From NCBI GenBank assembly GCA_039932995.1, contig JBDTOZ010000740.1, positions 1 through 52,923 of the forward strand: 52,923 nt of DNA, read 5' to 3'. The notes beneath the pieces were generated by a model, which saw only the letters and a program-made list of their open reading frames with translations, ran no database searches and had not been told where the DNA came from. The DNA comes from Acidobacteriota bacterium. GTDB taxonomy: Bacteria > Acidobacteriota > Thermoanaerobaculia > Gp7-AA8. The translations under genes were made by a program, and so were the position numbers. This document shows, one piece after another, positions 35,045 through 43,640 of the stretch; the first letter of the stretch is position 1, and each line of letters begins with the position of its first letter.

Positions 35045-36472
35045 CTATTCTTCGACGATCACGATCTGCGATTCTACCTTTTGATTGCCAGCGGAATCGA
35101 CGGCTTTGATGACCACGACGTTCCGCCCCACTTTGTCGAAGGCCACCAGCTTCTGAAAGGAGCCGTTGGATTCGACATCCACTTCTTCATCATTGATGAA
35201 GACCGTGGCTCCCGGCTCGGTCGTTCCGGCGATCGTATAGAACTGGCCTCCCACGTGGAAAGGCGCCTTCATCCGGAGGGCCGGCGCACTGCGATCCTGT
35301 CCGTCAGGCAGGGACTTGGTTCCGCCCGCCACCCGGAAGCGGCGGTACGCGGAGAAGGGCCCCACGTCGCCGTCCGGACCGACCGAAGCGACGCGCCAGT
35401 AGAAGGAGCCTTCCTGCGTCACTCCGGCGATGGCCGAGGTCTTGGGCATCCGCTTGTTGATCTCCTGGGTCGAGAAGAGGCGGGACCGGGACACCTGCAG
35501 CACGTAGGCCGTGCCCTGGAGTTGCGGTTGCCACATCATCTGCACGGTCAGCTCAGGAGAGAGTTGAAAGACCTGATTGTCTCCGGGCGACAACAGGGCT
35601 GGAGGCATGGTCAGTTTCTTCACAGGAGAGATCGCTCCCTCGCGCGAAGCGCTCACTTTCTCGCCGGAGGTGAGGCGGATGGCTGCGCCTCCCTTCTCCG
35701 GGGACACCGAGGCGGCGCCCCGTGTGTTGACGATGGACGTGGCCTTGTCGCCCACTCCGACCTGCGTGGTGGACTGCGATTCGATCACCACCTGCGTCCC
35801 TGGTGTGCGGACGGTGGAGGCATCGCTGGTCGTGGCCACCTCAACGGAACCGACGCGCATCTGCACCACGTTGGTCTTGGCGTTCGTGCCGGGGGTGATG
35901 GCGGAGTAGATCTCGAGCAAGGCATTGGACCCCACGGTGTAGAGGGTGCCACTGGAGAAAATGAGCTCGGCGGAGGCGCGGTCCCCGGTCTTCACCCAGT
36001 CGCCGTTGATCAGGGCGGTGCGCGGATCGGCATCTTTCCAGTCGCCGGCCGCTCCCTTCTGATACTTGACGTCGCCTTCCACCGTGAGGAACTGCGCGTC
36101 ACTCTCCTGGTCGCCGGCACCGCTGAGGGCGGCCCGGCTGATGGTCTGGGACTCGACGGCGGCGTTATGCGCATCCTCGAAGCGAGTGGCGTTGAAATGC
36201 GTGTTGGCGGCGTCCAGCTTCTGCTGGGCGCGGTTGAATTCGTTGCGGTGGGAGTTGAAGTCCGCCGAAGAGGCGAGGGTGTTGAGCGCCTGCCGGGCCG
36301 AGGCGATGGCGGACTCGGCTTTCTCCTTCGGATTGGCCTGCTGGCTGTGCCAGAACCACCAACCCGCTCCACCCAGGGCCAGGAGAAGCACCACCAGACC
36401 GATCTGCTTGAGGCGATCGATCGAGATCAGATACCAGTCGATATCCGCGCCGGTGACTCGTTTCCTGGCCAT
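35045..36472 (-). CDS. membrane-anchored FecR-domain protein with C-terminal Ig-like regions
   Basis: ATG 36472 (MARKRVTG...) and TM IGLVVLLLALGGAGWWFW. FecR-like segment LINGDWVKTGDRASAELIFSSGTLYTVGSNALLEI. The 912-aa track ORF is an upstream extension antisense to ppiD. Confidence 0.6.
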   Translation of the reverse strand: MARKRVTGADIDWYLISIDRLKQIGLVVLLLALGGAGWWFWHSQQANPKEKAESAIASARQALNTLASSADFNSHRNEFNRAQQKLDAANTHFNATRFEDAHNAAVESQTISRAALSGAGDQESDAQFLTVEGDVKYQKGAAGDWKDADPRTALINGDWVKTGDRASAELIFSSGTLYTVGSNALLEIYSAITPGTNAKTNVVQMRVGSVEVATTSDASTVRTPGTQVVIESQSTTQVGVGDKATSIVNTRGAASVSPEKGGAAIRLTSGEKVSASREGAISPVKKLTMPPALLSPGDNQVFQLSPELTVQMMWQPQLQGTAYVLQVSRSRLFSTQEINKRMPKTSAIAGVTQEGSFYWRVASVGPDGDVGPFSAYRRFRVAGGTKSLPDGQDRSAPALRMKAPFHVGGQFYTIAGTTEPGATVFINDEEVDVESNGSFQKLVAFDKVGRNVVVIKAVDSAGNQKVESQIVIVEE

Positions 36473-36483
36473 TTCAGACGAGG

Positions 36484-36550
36484 CGGCAGAGGGCAGGGCG
36501 CAGGGCGCAGAGTGTCGCTCCGCTGCGCCTTGCGCCCTGCATGCTGCCCT
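36484..36550. repeat. GGCGCAG/CTGCGCC-class heptamer hairpin in the divergent FecR-like/ppiD gap
   Basis: GGCAGAGGGCAGGGCGCAGGGCGCAG - agtgtcgctcc - GCTGCGCCTTGCGCCCTGCATGCTGCCCTC. Confidence 0.85.
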
Positions 36551-36670
36551 CGACGAGTTATAGCACACGGAACACAATGGTTGCCGCTCGCGCCCGGGAA
36601 TAGGTAGACTGCGCCGCTTTTTCTTGAGCGACGGCCGGATTTCCCAACTGGTCCTCGAAAGGTAGTCTCC

Positions 36671-38629
36671 ATGCTCAAAGTAATGCGCGATAGCTTTCAC
36701 CACCTCAAGTGGGTCCTCCTCATCGTTGTGGCGGCCTTCATCTTCGGCTTTGTTTTCGTCAACATGGGCATGGGCGGTAGCGGAGTCAGCAGCAAGGACG
36801 AAGCCCTCACTTATGCGGCCCGTGTCAACGGCGAGACCATCACCTACAGCGACTACTACCGCGCGCTGAAGAACGTGGAGTCGATGTACCAGCAGCAGTT
36901 CGGGCAGCAGTTCACGCCCGAGATGGCGGCGTCGCTGAACCTGCCGCAGCAGGTCATCAACATGCTCGTCGATCAGCGGCTGATGACCCAGCAGGCCAGC
37001 CGTCTTCATCTCGACGCCAGTCCGGAAGAGGTGCGCCGGAAACTGCTCTCCATCCCCACCTTCTCCGAGAACGGGAAGTTCATCGGCATGGAGCTGTATA
37101 ACCGCTACATCACCGGCCCACTGGGCTATGCCAGTGCGGCGGAGTTCGAGGCCGACCTGGGCCGCGACATCTCTCTCCAGAAGATGGAGAGCGCGCTGCA
37201 GAATTCGGTGGTCCTCTCGCCGAAAGCCGTCGACGCGGAGTACCGCCGCGCCAATGAGAGCGCCAAGGTCCGTTACGTGCTGATGCCCGCTGCGGCCGGT
37301 GCGAACGTCACCGTGGCTCCGGCCGAGGTGGATGCGTATTACAAGCAGAATCAGGCCGACTACACGCATGGAGAGCAGCGCCGGGTCCGGTATCTCGTAG
37401 CGGATTTCGCGAAGATCCGCGCCGAGGTGAAGCCGACCGATGCCGAGTTGCGCAAGCTGTATGAGGCCAGCAAAGACACCCTCAAGCGTCCGGGCTCGGC
37501 GCACGTGCTGCACATCCTGGTGAAGTCGGAGCCGGGGGCGACCCCTCAGGCCGATGCCGCCGCTCGCGCGAAAGCGGAGGCGTTGGTGAAGCAGCTTCGC
37601 GGCGGAGCCGATTTCGCGACGCTGGCCCGTGTGAATTCCGAGGATCCGTCGTCGTCCGGCAACGGCGGCGACATGGGTTGGGTGGACATGGGCCGGACGG
37701 TGGAACCGTTCGAGCGCGCCATCTTCTCGGTGCCTCTGAATACGGTCAGCGATCCGGTGCGGTCTGCCGAGTACGGCTACCACATCGTCAAGGTGACCGA
37801 GCGCCGTCAGGAGAGCGTGCAGTCCTTCGAGGAGGCCCGTCCGGCGCTGGAAGCCCGCGCCGCGAACGACATGTCCAAGGACATCGCCCGCGCCGAGATC
37901 AACCGCGTGAACGCGGCCATCAAGCAGAAGAAGCCCGCCAACGCCTTGGAGTTCTCGGCGCTCGGAACGGGTCGTCTGACCTCCAACGACGCCGGTTGGA
38001 TCGGCCGCTCCGAGGCCGTCGGTGGCCTGGGCAACAATGCGCCGCTCTCGCAGTGGATTTTCGCCGCGAAGGACGGGGACACCAGCGATCCCATCGGAAC
38101 CTCCAAGGGCATCGCCATGGCCTACGTCGAGGCGCAGCGCACGGGAGGGGTGGCCGCGCTATCCGAGGTGCGTGATCGGGTGGAGCAGGACGTGAAGAGC
38201 CAGAAGGCGCGCGAGGCCGCGCGCGATCAACTCGCGCAGATGGTGGCCGGCTCGCCGAACGTGGATGCAATCGGGCAGAAGAGCGGCCGTCCCGCGCAGG
38301 ATGCGACCATCGATCGCCAGGGCACGATCCCGGGACTGAACGGGGACACCACGCAGTTCGTGGAGGCGGCTCTGAAAGGAAACGCCGGCCAGATCCAGGG
38401 TCCGGTCGTGGTCGGAGACGGTGCGGTGGTCTTCCAGATCCTCGAGCAGAAGAAGGTGACGCCGGAAGATCTGGCCGCCAATCGAACCGCATTCGCGGAT
38501 CGCCTGCGCGACCAGCAGGCTCGCCAGTTGCGCTCGGTGCTGGTCGAGAAACTGCGCAAGGGTGCGCGTGTGGAGATCAACGACACCATCACCCGTCCGA
38601 CGACCGCACCGCCGCCGGCAGGAGTGTAG
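36671..38629 (+). CDS. ppiD: periplasmic chaperone/peptidyl-prolyl isomerase PpiD-like
   Basis: N-terminal anchor MLKVMRDSFHHLKWVLLIVVAAFIFGF, a SurA_N-like region, and a parvulin segment AHVLHILVK...GGDMGWVDMGRTVEPFERAIFSV. Confidence 0.8.
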   Translation: MLKVMRDSFHHLKWVLLIVVAAFIFGFVFVNMGMGGSGVSSKDEALTYAARVNGETITYSDYYRALKNVESMYQQQFGQQFTPEMAASLNLPQQVINMLVDQRLMTQQASRLHLDASPEEVRRKLLSIPTFSENGKFIGMELYNRYITGPLGYASAAEFEADLGRDISLQKMESALQNSVVLSPKAVDAEYRRANESAKVRYVLMPAAAGANVTVAPAEVDAYYKQNQADYTHGEQRRVRYLVADFAKIRAEVKPTDAELRKLYEASKDTLKRPGSAHVLHILVKSEPGATPQADAAARAKAEALVKQLRGGADFATLARVNSEDPSSSGNGGDMGWVDMGRTVEPFERAIFSVPLNTVSDPVRSAEYGYHIVKVTERRQESVQSFEEARPALEARAANDMSKDIARAEINRVNAAIKQKKPANALEFSALGTGRLTSNDAGWIGRSEAVGGLGNNAPLSQWIFAAKDGDTSDPIGTSKGIAMAYVEAQRTGGVAALSEVRDRVEQDVKSQKAREAARDQLAQMVAGSPNVDAIGQKSGRPAQDATIDRQGTIPGLNGDTTQFVEAALKGNAGQIQGPVVVGDGAVVFQILEQKKVTPEDLAANRTAFADRLRDQQARQLRSVLVEKLRKGARVEINDTITRPTTAPPPAGV

Positions 38630-39043
38630 TTGACCGTATCCGGAATCGCCCCGAAGTGGGATGAGCCTGCGATCCGCGTGCTGATGATGCCGCGGGATAC
38701 GAACGCGCACGGCACGATCTTCGGCGGCGTGATCCTTTCGTACATCGACCAGGCCGGCGCGATCGAAGCGCGCCGGCAGGGTCTGCACTTCATGGTCACC
38801 GTGTCGATGGACAAGGTCGTGTTTCACGAGCCTGTCTTCGTCGGCGACCTGGTGAGCTTCTGGACCGAGACCCTGCGTATCGGAACCACCTCGATCACGA
38901 CAAAAGTCGTGGTCGAGGCCATCCGTGCCGGAGATCCCAAGCAGCGGGTCACCGTGACCGAGGCGCACGTGGTCTACGTGAATATGGGGCTGGACGGGAA
39001 GAAGGCGACGATCCGGCGCGAGACGAACGCGTACGACGAGTAG
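38630..39043 (+). CDS. acyl-CoA thioesterase (hot-dog fold, YciA-like)
   Basis: [28 protein letters not shown] motif. The TTG start lies directly after the ppiD stop. Confidence 0.8.
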   Translation: MTVSGIAPKWDEPAIRVLMMPRDTNAHGTIFGGVILSYIDQAGAIEARRQGLHFMVTVSMDKVVFHEPVFVGDLVSFWTETLRIGTTSITTKVVVEAIRAGDPKQRVTVTEAHVVYVNMGLDGKKATIRRETNAYDE

Positions 39044-39358
39044 TCTTCTTCCTTCGTCTTCGTCTTCGTCTTGTCGTCTTGTCGCCAAGTCGCCAAGTCG
39101 CCAAGTCGTCGAGTCGCCAAGTCGTCGAGTCGTCGAGTCGTCCATTTTCGTCGATGGAGTCTCACAGGCTCATAGGCTCATAGGCTCACAGTCGCATAGA
39201 CGCCTGGGCCAACGACACCTATGAGACTGTGAGACTGTGAACCTATGAGACTTCGTGGCGCCTGAGGGGACACTCGACGACGCGAAGACTCGACGACTCG
39301 ACGACGCGAAGAAGACGGGAAGACGCGAAGAAGACCCGACGACTCGAAGACGAGAGGA
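39044..39358. repeat. nested octamer-unit hairpin element, copy 2 (thioesterase-rarA convergent gap)
   Basis: Left arm (GTCTTC/GTCGCCAA/GTCGTCGA)n and inner arms (CTCACAGG/CTCATAGG)n versus (CCTATGAG/ACTGTGAG)n. Right arm (ACTCGACG/ACGCGAAG)n. Core blocks are identical to copy 1. Confidence 0.9.
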
Positions 39359-40708
39359 CTACTTCTTCCGCGCAGACCGCGCAGACCGCACAGACCGCAT
39401 CCTGTCCAGCCTTTCGCGGATGGCGCTCTCCGCTCCGCTGTCTTTGGGCTCGTAGAATCGCCGTCCGGTCAGGGACTCGGGGAGGCAGTCCATGGCCGCG
39501 GTCTGTTCCTCGAAGTCGTGGGCGTACTGATAACCGCTGCCATAGCCGAGGTTCTTCATCAGTCGTGTCGGGGCATTCCGGATGTGCAGGGGGACGGGCG
39601 GGTTGTCACCGCGGCGAACTTCGCGGACCGCTTCGCCATAGCCGGCATAGGCTGCATTCGATTTCGGGGCCGCCGCCAGATACGTCACCAATTGCGCCAG
39701 GGCCACGCCGGCTTCGGGCATCCCGATGAAGTGCACGGCTTCCTTCACGGACACGGCCAGCATGAGCGCCCGCGGATCCGCATTGCCGATGTCTTCCGAC
39801 GCCGCCCGGACCATGCGCCTCGTGATGTAGAGAGGGTCTTCGCCCCCTTCCAGCATGCGCACCAGCCAGTAGACGGCGGCATCCGCGTCGCCGTTGCGAA
39901 TCGATTTGTGCAGCGCGGAAATGATGTTGTAGTGCTCGTCGCCGGCCTTGTCGTACATGAGCGAGCGTCGTTGCAGGACCTCCTGGACCTGTCCGACGTC
40001 CGCGGGCTCCTCGGATGGGGTGGCGGTTTCGACGACCAGTTGCAGGCTGGTCAGTGCCTGGCGGGCGTCGCCCGCCGAGGTGGCGGCGATGAAGTCGAGC
40101 GCCGCATCCGACAGCGTGACACCGAACGATTTGACGCTGGGGTGCTCGGCAGCGCGCCGGAGGATCCGGACCACCTGTTCGCGTTCCAGTGCCGGGATGA
40201 CCACCACCTTGGACCGGGACAGCAGTGCGGAATTCACTTCGAAGGAAGGGTTCTCCGTGGTCGCCCCGATGAGCGTGATGTCGCCCGATTCGACGTAGGG
40301 TAGAAACGCGTCCTGCTGGGCCTTGTTGAAGCGGTGGATCTCATCGATGAACACGATGGTCTTCGAGCCGCGGGTCTGCCGGGCCTTGCGCGCCTCTTCC
40401 ATCAGGGCCTTGATGTCCTTGATGGAGCTCGAGGTGGCCGAGAACGTGACGAAGCGTGCCCGCGTCGTGCGCGCGATGATCCGGGCCACGGTCGTTTTTC
40501 CGGAGCCCGGCGGCCCCCAGAAAATCATGGAGGGGATGCGGTCGTTCTCAATGGCGTTGCGCAGGAACTTCTTTTCGCCCAGAAGGTCTTCGAGGCCGAC
40601 CACTTCATCCAGCGAGGAAGGGCGAAGACGTTCCGCGAGGGGAGCGTCGGCGGATTGGACAGCCGGCGCAGGAACGTTGTCGTCGTCGCCGAAGAGAGAC
40701 CCGGTCAT
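39359..40708 (-). CDS. rarA: replication-associated recombination protein A (AAA+ ATPase)
   Basis: Walker A GPPGSGKTT, Walker B IFIDEIHRFNK, and a MgsA C-terminal region (HYNIISALHKSIRNGDADAAVYWL). Confidence 0.93.
   Translation of the reverse strand: MTGSLFGDDDNVPAPAVQSADAPLAERLRPSSLDEVVGLEDLLGEKKFLRNAIENDRIPSMIFWGPPGSGKTTVARIIARTTRARFVTFSATSSSIKDIKALMEEARKARQTRGSKTIVFIDEIHRFNKAQQDAFLPYVESGDITLIGATTENPSFEVNSALLSRSKVVVIPALEREQVVRILRRAAEHPSVKSFGVTLSDAALDFIAATSAGDARQALTSLQLVVETATPSEEPADVGQVQEVLQRRSLMYDKAGDEHYNIISALHKSIRNGDADAAVYWLVRMLEGGEDPLYITRRMVRAASEDIGNADPRALMLAVSVKEAVHFIGMPEAGVALAQLVTYLAAAPKSNAAYAGYGEAVREVRRGDNPPVPLHIRNAPTRLMKNLGYGSGYQYAHDFEEQTAAMDCLPESLTGRRFYEPKDSGAESAIRERLDRMRSVRSARSARKK
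39370..39396. repeat. 3 x 9-nt tandem repeat (GCGCAGACC GCGCAGACC GCACAGACC) inside the 3' end of rarA
   Basis: Encodes the ...RSVRSARSARKK tail on the minus strand. It lies immediately adjacent to the intergenic repeat element. Confidence 0.85.
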
Positions 40709-40733
40709 TCTCCGATCTTATCCCGCCCTTCAC

Positions 40734-40782
40734 TGGGCAGGTGGCAGTGGGCAGGCCGCGGTGGGAAGCGGGCAGGAGCCGT
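40734..40782. repeat. heptamer-periodic array (TGGGCAG GTGGCAG TGGGCAG GCCGCGG TGGGAAG CGGGCAG) with no obvious inverted partner
   Basis: 7-nt periodicity is visible in the 84-nt gap between the threonine dehydratase stop and the rarA start. Confidence 0.75.
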
Positions 40783-40792
40783 CCCCTGCTCC

Positions 40793-41752
40793 TCAGGCCA
40801 GCAGCGAGAAATCGATGTTGCCTCCGCTGACCACGATGGCCACCGGACCGCGCGGGCGGATCTTGCCGGTGAGTAATGCAGCGATGCCGAGGGCGCCCGT
40901 CGGCTCGATGACCAGTTTGGTGCGGTACATCGCCCACTTCACCGTTTCCAGCAGGACCTCGTCGTCCACGCTCACCACGTCGCGGACTCGCTCCCGGATG
41001 ATGGCGAAGTTTCGCTTTCCGAGAGCCAGCGTGCGGGCTCCGTCGGCGATCGTCTTCGGCGGCTCGATCTCGACGATGTGGCCGCTGTGGAAGGATTGTT
41101 CGCCGTCGTTGCCCAGTGCCGGCTCGACGCCGTAGACGTCGATGTCCTCGCGCAGGGAAGTGGCGGCCAGTGCCGTGCCTGAGAGCAGTCCTCCTCCGCC
41201 GAGAGGGGTGATGATGGTCGTCACCTCAGGCCACGCTTCAACGATCTCCAGGCCGACGGTTCCGGCCCCGGCGATGATTCGTTCGTCGTCGAACGGCGGG
41301 ATGACTGCCGCGCCCGTTCGGGCGGCGATCTCACGGGCCACGGTGTCGCGTGTCGCCGCGGTGACGCCCGCCTGCACGACCTCGGCACCGTAGGCGCGGG
41401 TGGCTTCGACTTTCGAGGCCACCGAGTTCTCCGGCATGACGATCGTGGCCGGGATCCCCAGGATTCTGGCCGCCAGCGCGACGCCCTGGGCGTGGTTCCC
41501 GGAGGAGAAGGCGACCACGCCCCGGGGACGCTGCTCGTCGTCGAGTTGCAGAAGTGCGTTCATGGCGCCCCGGATCTTGAACGAGCCGGCACGCTGGAGG
41601 TTTTCGCACTTCAGCCGCACTTCCACGCCCGCGCGCTCGGAGAGGGAGCGGCTGGGAAGGAGCGGTGTTTCATGGATGCGGCCGAGGATCCGCGCGGCCG
41701 CGGCCCGGATGGCGGCTAAGTCGATGTTGTGGTTGAAGTTTGGCGAACTCAC
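40793..41752 (-). CDS. threonine ammonia-lyase / threonine dehydratase (PLP-dependent, short form)
   Basis: PLP-lysine motif GSFKIRGA and SSGNHAQGVALAA. The start is uncertain: GTG 41752 gives a typical N-terminus, while the track ORF starts at GTG 41809. Confidence 0.85.
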   Translation of the reverse strand: MSSPNFNHNIDLAAIRAAAARILGRIHETPLLPSRSLSERAGVEVRLKCENLQRAGSFKIRGAMNALLQLDDEQRPRGVVAFSSGNHAQGVALAARILGIPATIVMPENSVASKVEATRAYGAEVVQAGVTAATRDTVAREIAARTGAAVIPPFDDERIIAGAGTVGLEIVEAWPEVTTIITPLGGGGLLSGTALAATSLREDIDVYGVEPALGNDGEQSFHSGHIVEIEPPKTIADGARTLALGKRNFAIIRERVRDVVSVDDEVLLETVKWAMYRTKLVIEPTGALGIAALLTGKIRPRGPVAIVVSGGNIDFSLLA

Positions 41753-41829
41753 CCGCGGTAGTATAAACTCCTGTCGATTATTTGATTTACTGAGCAGCAC
41801 CAAGGACACTCGGGTTGGAGGTTGGGGTT

Positions 41830-43440
41830 ATGTGGCGATGGGTTACCCGCGGCCTGGTTCTCACCATTGTAGCGGTCTGTGCTTCGGTACTGGCCGCACA
41901 GACATTTGAGTTCAGGGGCGACGTCGATTCTCCCGATCCGACGCGTCCGCAGTCGGGCCTGATTCTCGTGAAGGGATGGGCTCTGGATCCGACGACGATC
42001 AATCGGATCGAGCTCTGGGTGGACGACACCTATCAGCATCAGGCGATCATGTTCCTGCCACGCATCGACGTGGAACAGGCCTATCCGGATTGGCCGGGCA
42101 TCCACTCGGCGCGTCCCGGGTTCATCACCGGCTTCCTGGCCAGTCGCTTCTCCGACGGTTCTCACACCGTGGAGATCCGCGTCTACACGGCGGACGGCAA
42201 AGTGCACGGCGTCGGGCGGCGCAGCATCAACATCAACAACAGCATCAATCAGCCGCCGTTCGGGTTCCTGGACATCCCGGACGGAAAGGGTGTGTACAAC
42301 GTCTCCGGTGCCTTCCCGGTCTCGGGCTGGGCCGCGGATACGGACGGCATCCAGCGCATCGAGGTGCTCGTCGACAACGGCATCCTCCAGGGCGGCATCC
42401 ACGGTGACGCCCGTCCGGACGTCGGGGCCACGTTCCCCGACTTTACCGGCGCCATGTTCAGTGGCTGGGTCGCGAATGTCGACTCCACGCGGATCGAGAA
42501 CGGCATCCACACCTTGACCATCCGCGCCGTCGACCGTCAGGGCATCGAAAACACCATCGGTCACCGGACGGTCCAGGTCATCAACAACGACTCGTTCCTC
42601 AAGCCGTTCGGATATCTCGACGAACCGCAGCGCGATGCCATCCTGTTCGGCACCTCCTGCAGCGGCGACGATTCGCCGCCCATCGTTTCGCCCCCCATCC
42701 GTCCTGAGGAGCACCTCACCGCCGTCCGCGGTTGGGCTCTGGACCTCGGAACGCGCGGCGGCACAGGCCGGGTCGGCTATGCCGAGCTCCTGGTCGACGG
42801 CGTGCCCTGGATCACCACCGACAACTGCGGTGCCGTGGCCGGTCGCTACTCGAACTGTCTTGGCGTGCCCCGGTACGACGTGGCTCGCTATTACCCGACC
42901 TTCCCCGACGCACCTCGCGCCGGCTTCATCTTCACGCTCGATGTGGGCGCCTTGATCACCCTGGGTGTTTCGCCCGGCCTGCACAATCTGATGGTGCGGG
43001 TCGGCGATGTCGAGCAGACGTTCGCCGAGCTTCCCAATCGCGACGGCATTCCGGTCTTCTTCCAGTGCGTGCAGGATTCGTTCAATTTCTCCGGCTACGG
43101 GTTCATCGAGTTCCCTCAGACGTCTGACTATGTGAGCGGTGACGTGTTGTTCCGCGGCTGGACGTTCGGCGACAACAGCAACGTCAGCGTCGTGGAAGTG
43201 ATCGTCGACGGAAACTTCGTGGGACAGGCGCAGTATGGTTACCCGCGCCCCGATGTCGAAGACCAGTATCCGACCCAGGCCCTGCGCGCCCGGAACTCGG
43301 GGTGGATCTTCAACATGGACACGCGCAAGCTGACCAACTCGCGGCACCGCCTCACGGTTCGCTCCGTCACCTCGCAAGGCCAGCGGTGGGAGATCGGCTC
43401 CGTCGACTTCTACGTGACCAACGGCGCCCCGCAACCCTGA
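41830..43440 (+). CDS. secreted protein with four tandem Ig-like repeats
   Basis: ATG 41830 lies 8 nt after GGAGG. Signal peptide MWRWVTRGLVLTIVAVCASVLAAQT. Four repeats of about 110-150 aa share G.V...GWA....I..IE..VD......RPDV...YP...H.L.VR. Confidence 0.6.
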   Translation: MWRWVTRGLVLTIVAVCASVLAAQTFEFRGDVDSPDPTRPQSGLILVKGWALDPTTINRIELWVDDTYQHQAIMFLPRIDVEQAYPDWPGIHSARPGFITGFLASRFSDGSHTVEIRVYTADGKVHGVGRRSININNSINQPPFGFLDIPDGKGVYNVSGAFPVSGWAADTDGIQRIEVLVDNGILQGGIHGDARPDVGATFPDFTGAMFSGWVANVDSTRIENGIHTLTIRAVDRQGIENTIGHRTVQVINNDSFLKPFGYLDEPQRDAILFGTSCSGDDSPPIVSPPIRPEEHLTAVRGWALDLGTRGGTGRVGYAELLVDGVPWITTDNCGAVAGRYSNCLGVPRYDVARYYPTFPDAPRAGFIFTLDVGALITLGVSPGLHNLMVRVGDVEQTFAELPNRDGIPVFFQCVQDSFNFSGYGFIEFPQTSDYVSGDVLFRGWTFGDNSNVSVVEVIVDGNFVGQAQYGYPRPDVEDQYPTQALRARNSGWIFNMDTRKLTNSRHRLTVRSVTSQGQRWEIGSVDFYVTNGAPQP

Positions 43441-43460
43441 TTCGCTTTCTTCGCACCAGC

Positions 43461-43487
43461 AAAAAGCCCGGCGATTGCCGGGCTTTT
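43461..43487. terminator. bidirectional intrinsic terminator after the Ig-like repeat gene
   Basis: AAAAA-GCCCGGC-gatt-GCCGGGC-TTTT. Confidence 0.8.
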
Positions 43488-43492
43488 CATTT

Positions 43493-43628
43493 GTTGCTGG
43501 TTACTGGTTACTGGTTACTGGTTGCTGGTTGCTGGTTACTGGTTGTCTGCGGTTTCTGGCCTTGGCAGTTTCCGGAGTGCGGTCCAGGCGACGAACCGCA
43601 GACAACCAGCAACCAGCAACCAGTTAAC
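43493..43628. repeat. CAACCAG-class heptamer hairpin with unequal arms (8 versus 4 units)
   Basis: Left arm (GTTGCTG/GTTACTG)x7 + GTTGTCT + GCGG over 43493-43552. Right arm CCGCAGACAACCAGCAACCAGCAACCAGTTAAC over 43596-43628. Confidence 0.9.
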
Positions 43629-43640
43629 ATTCACCGCCGG

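Noticed and set aside
36473-37783. Upstream extension of the FecR-like ORF to a 912-aa protein.
   Set aside because: The extension runs antisense through ppiD, which has clear PpiD features. MARKRVTG followed by a TM helix at ATG 36472 is a sensible start.
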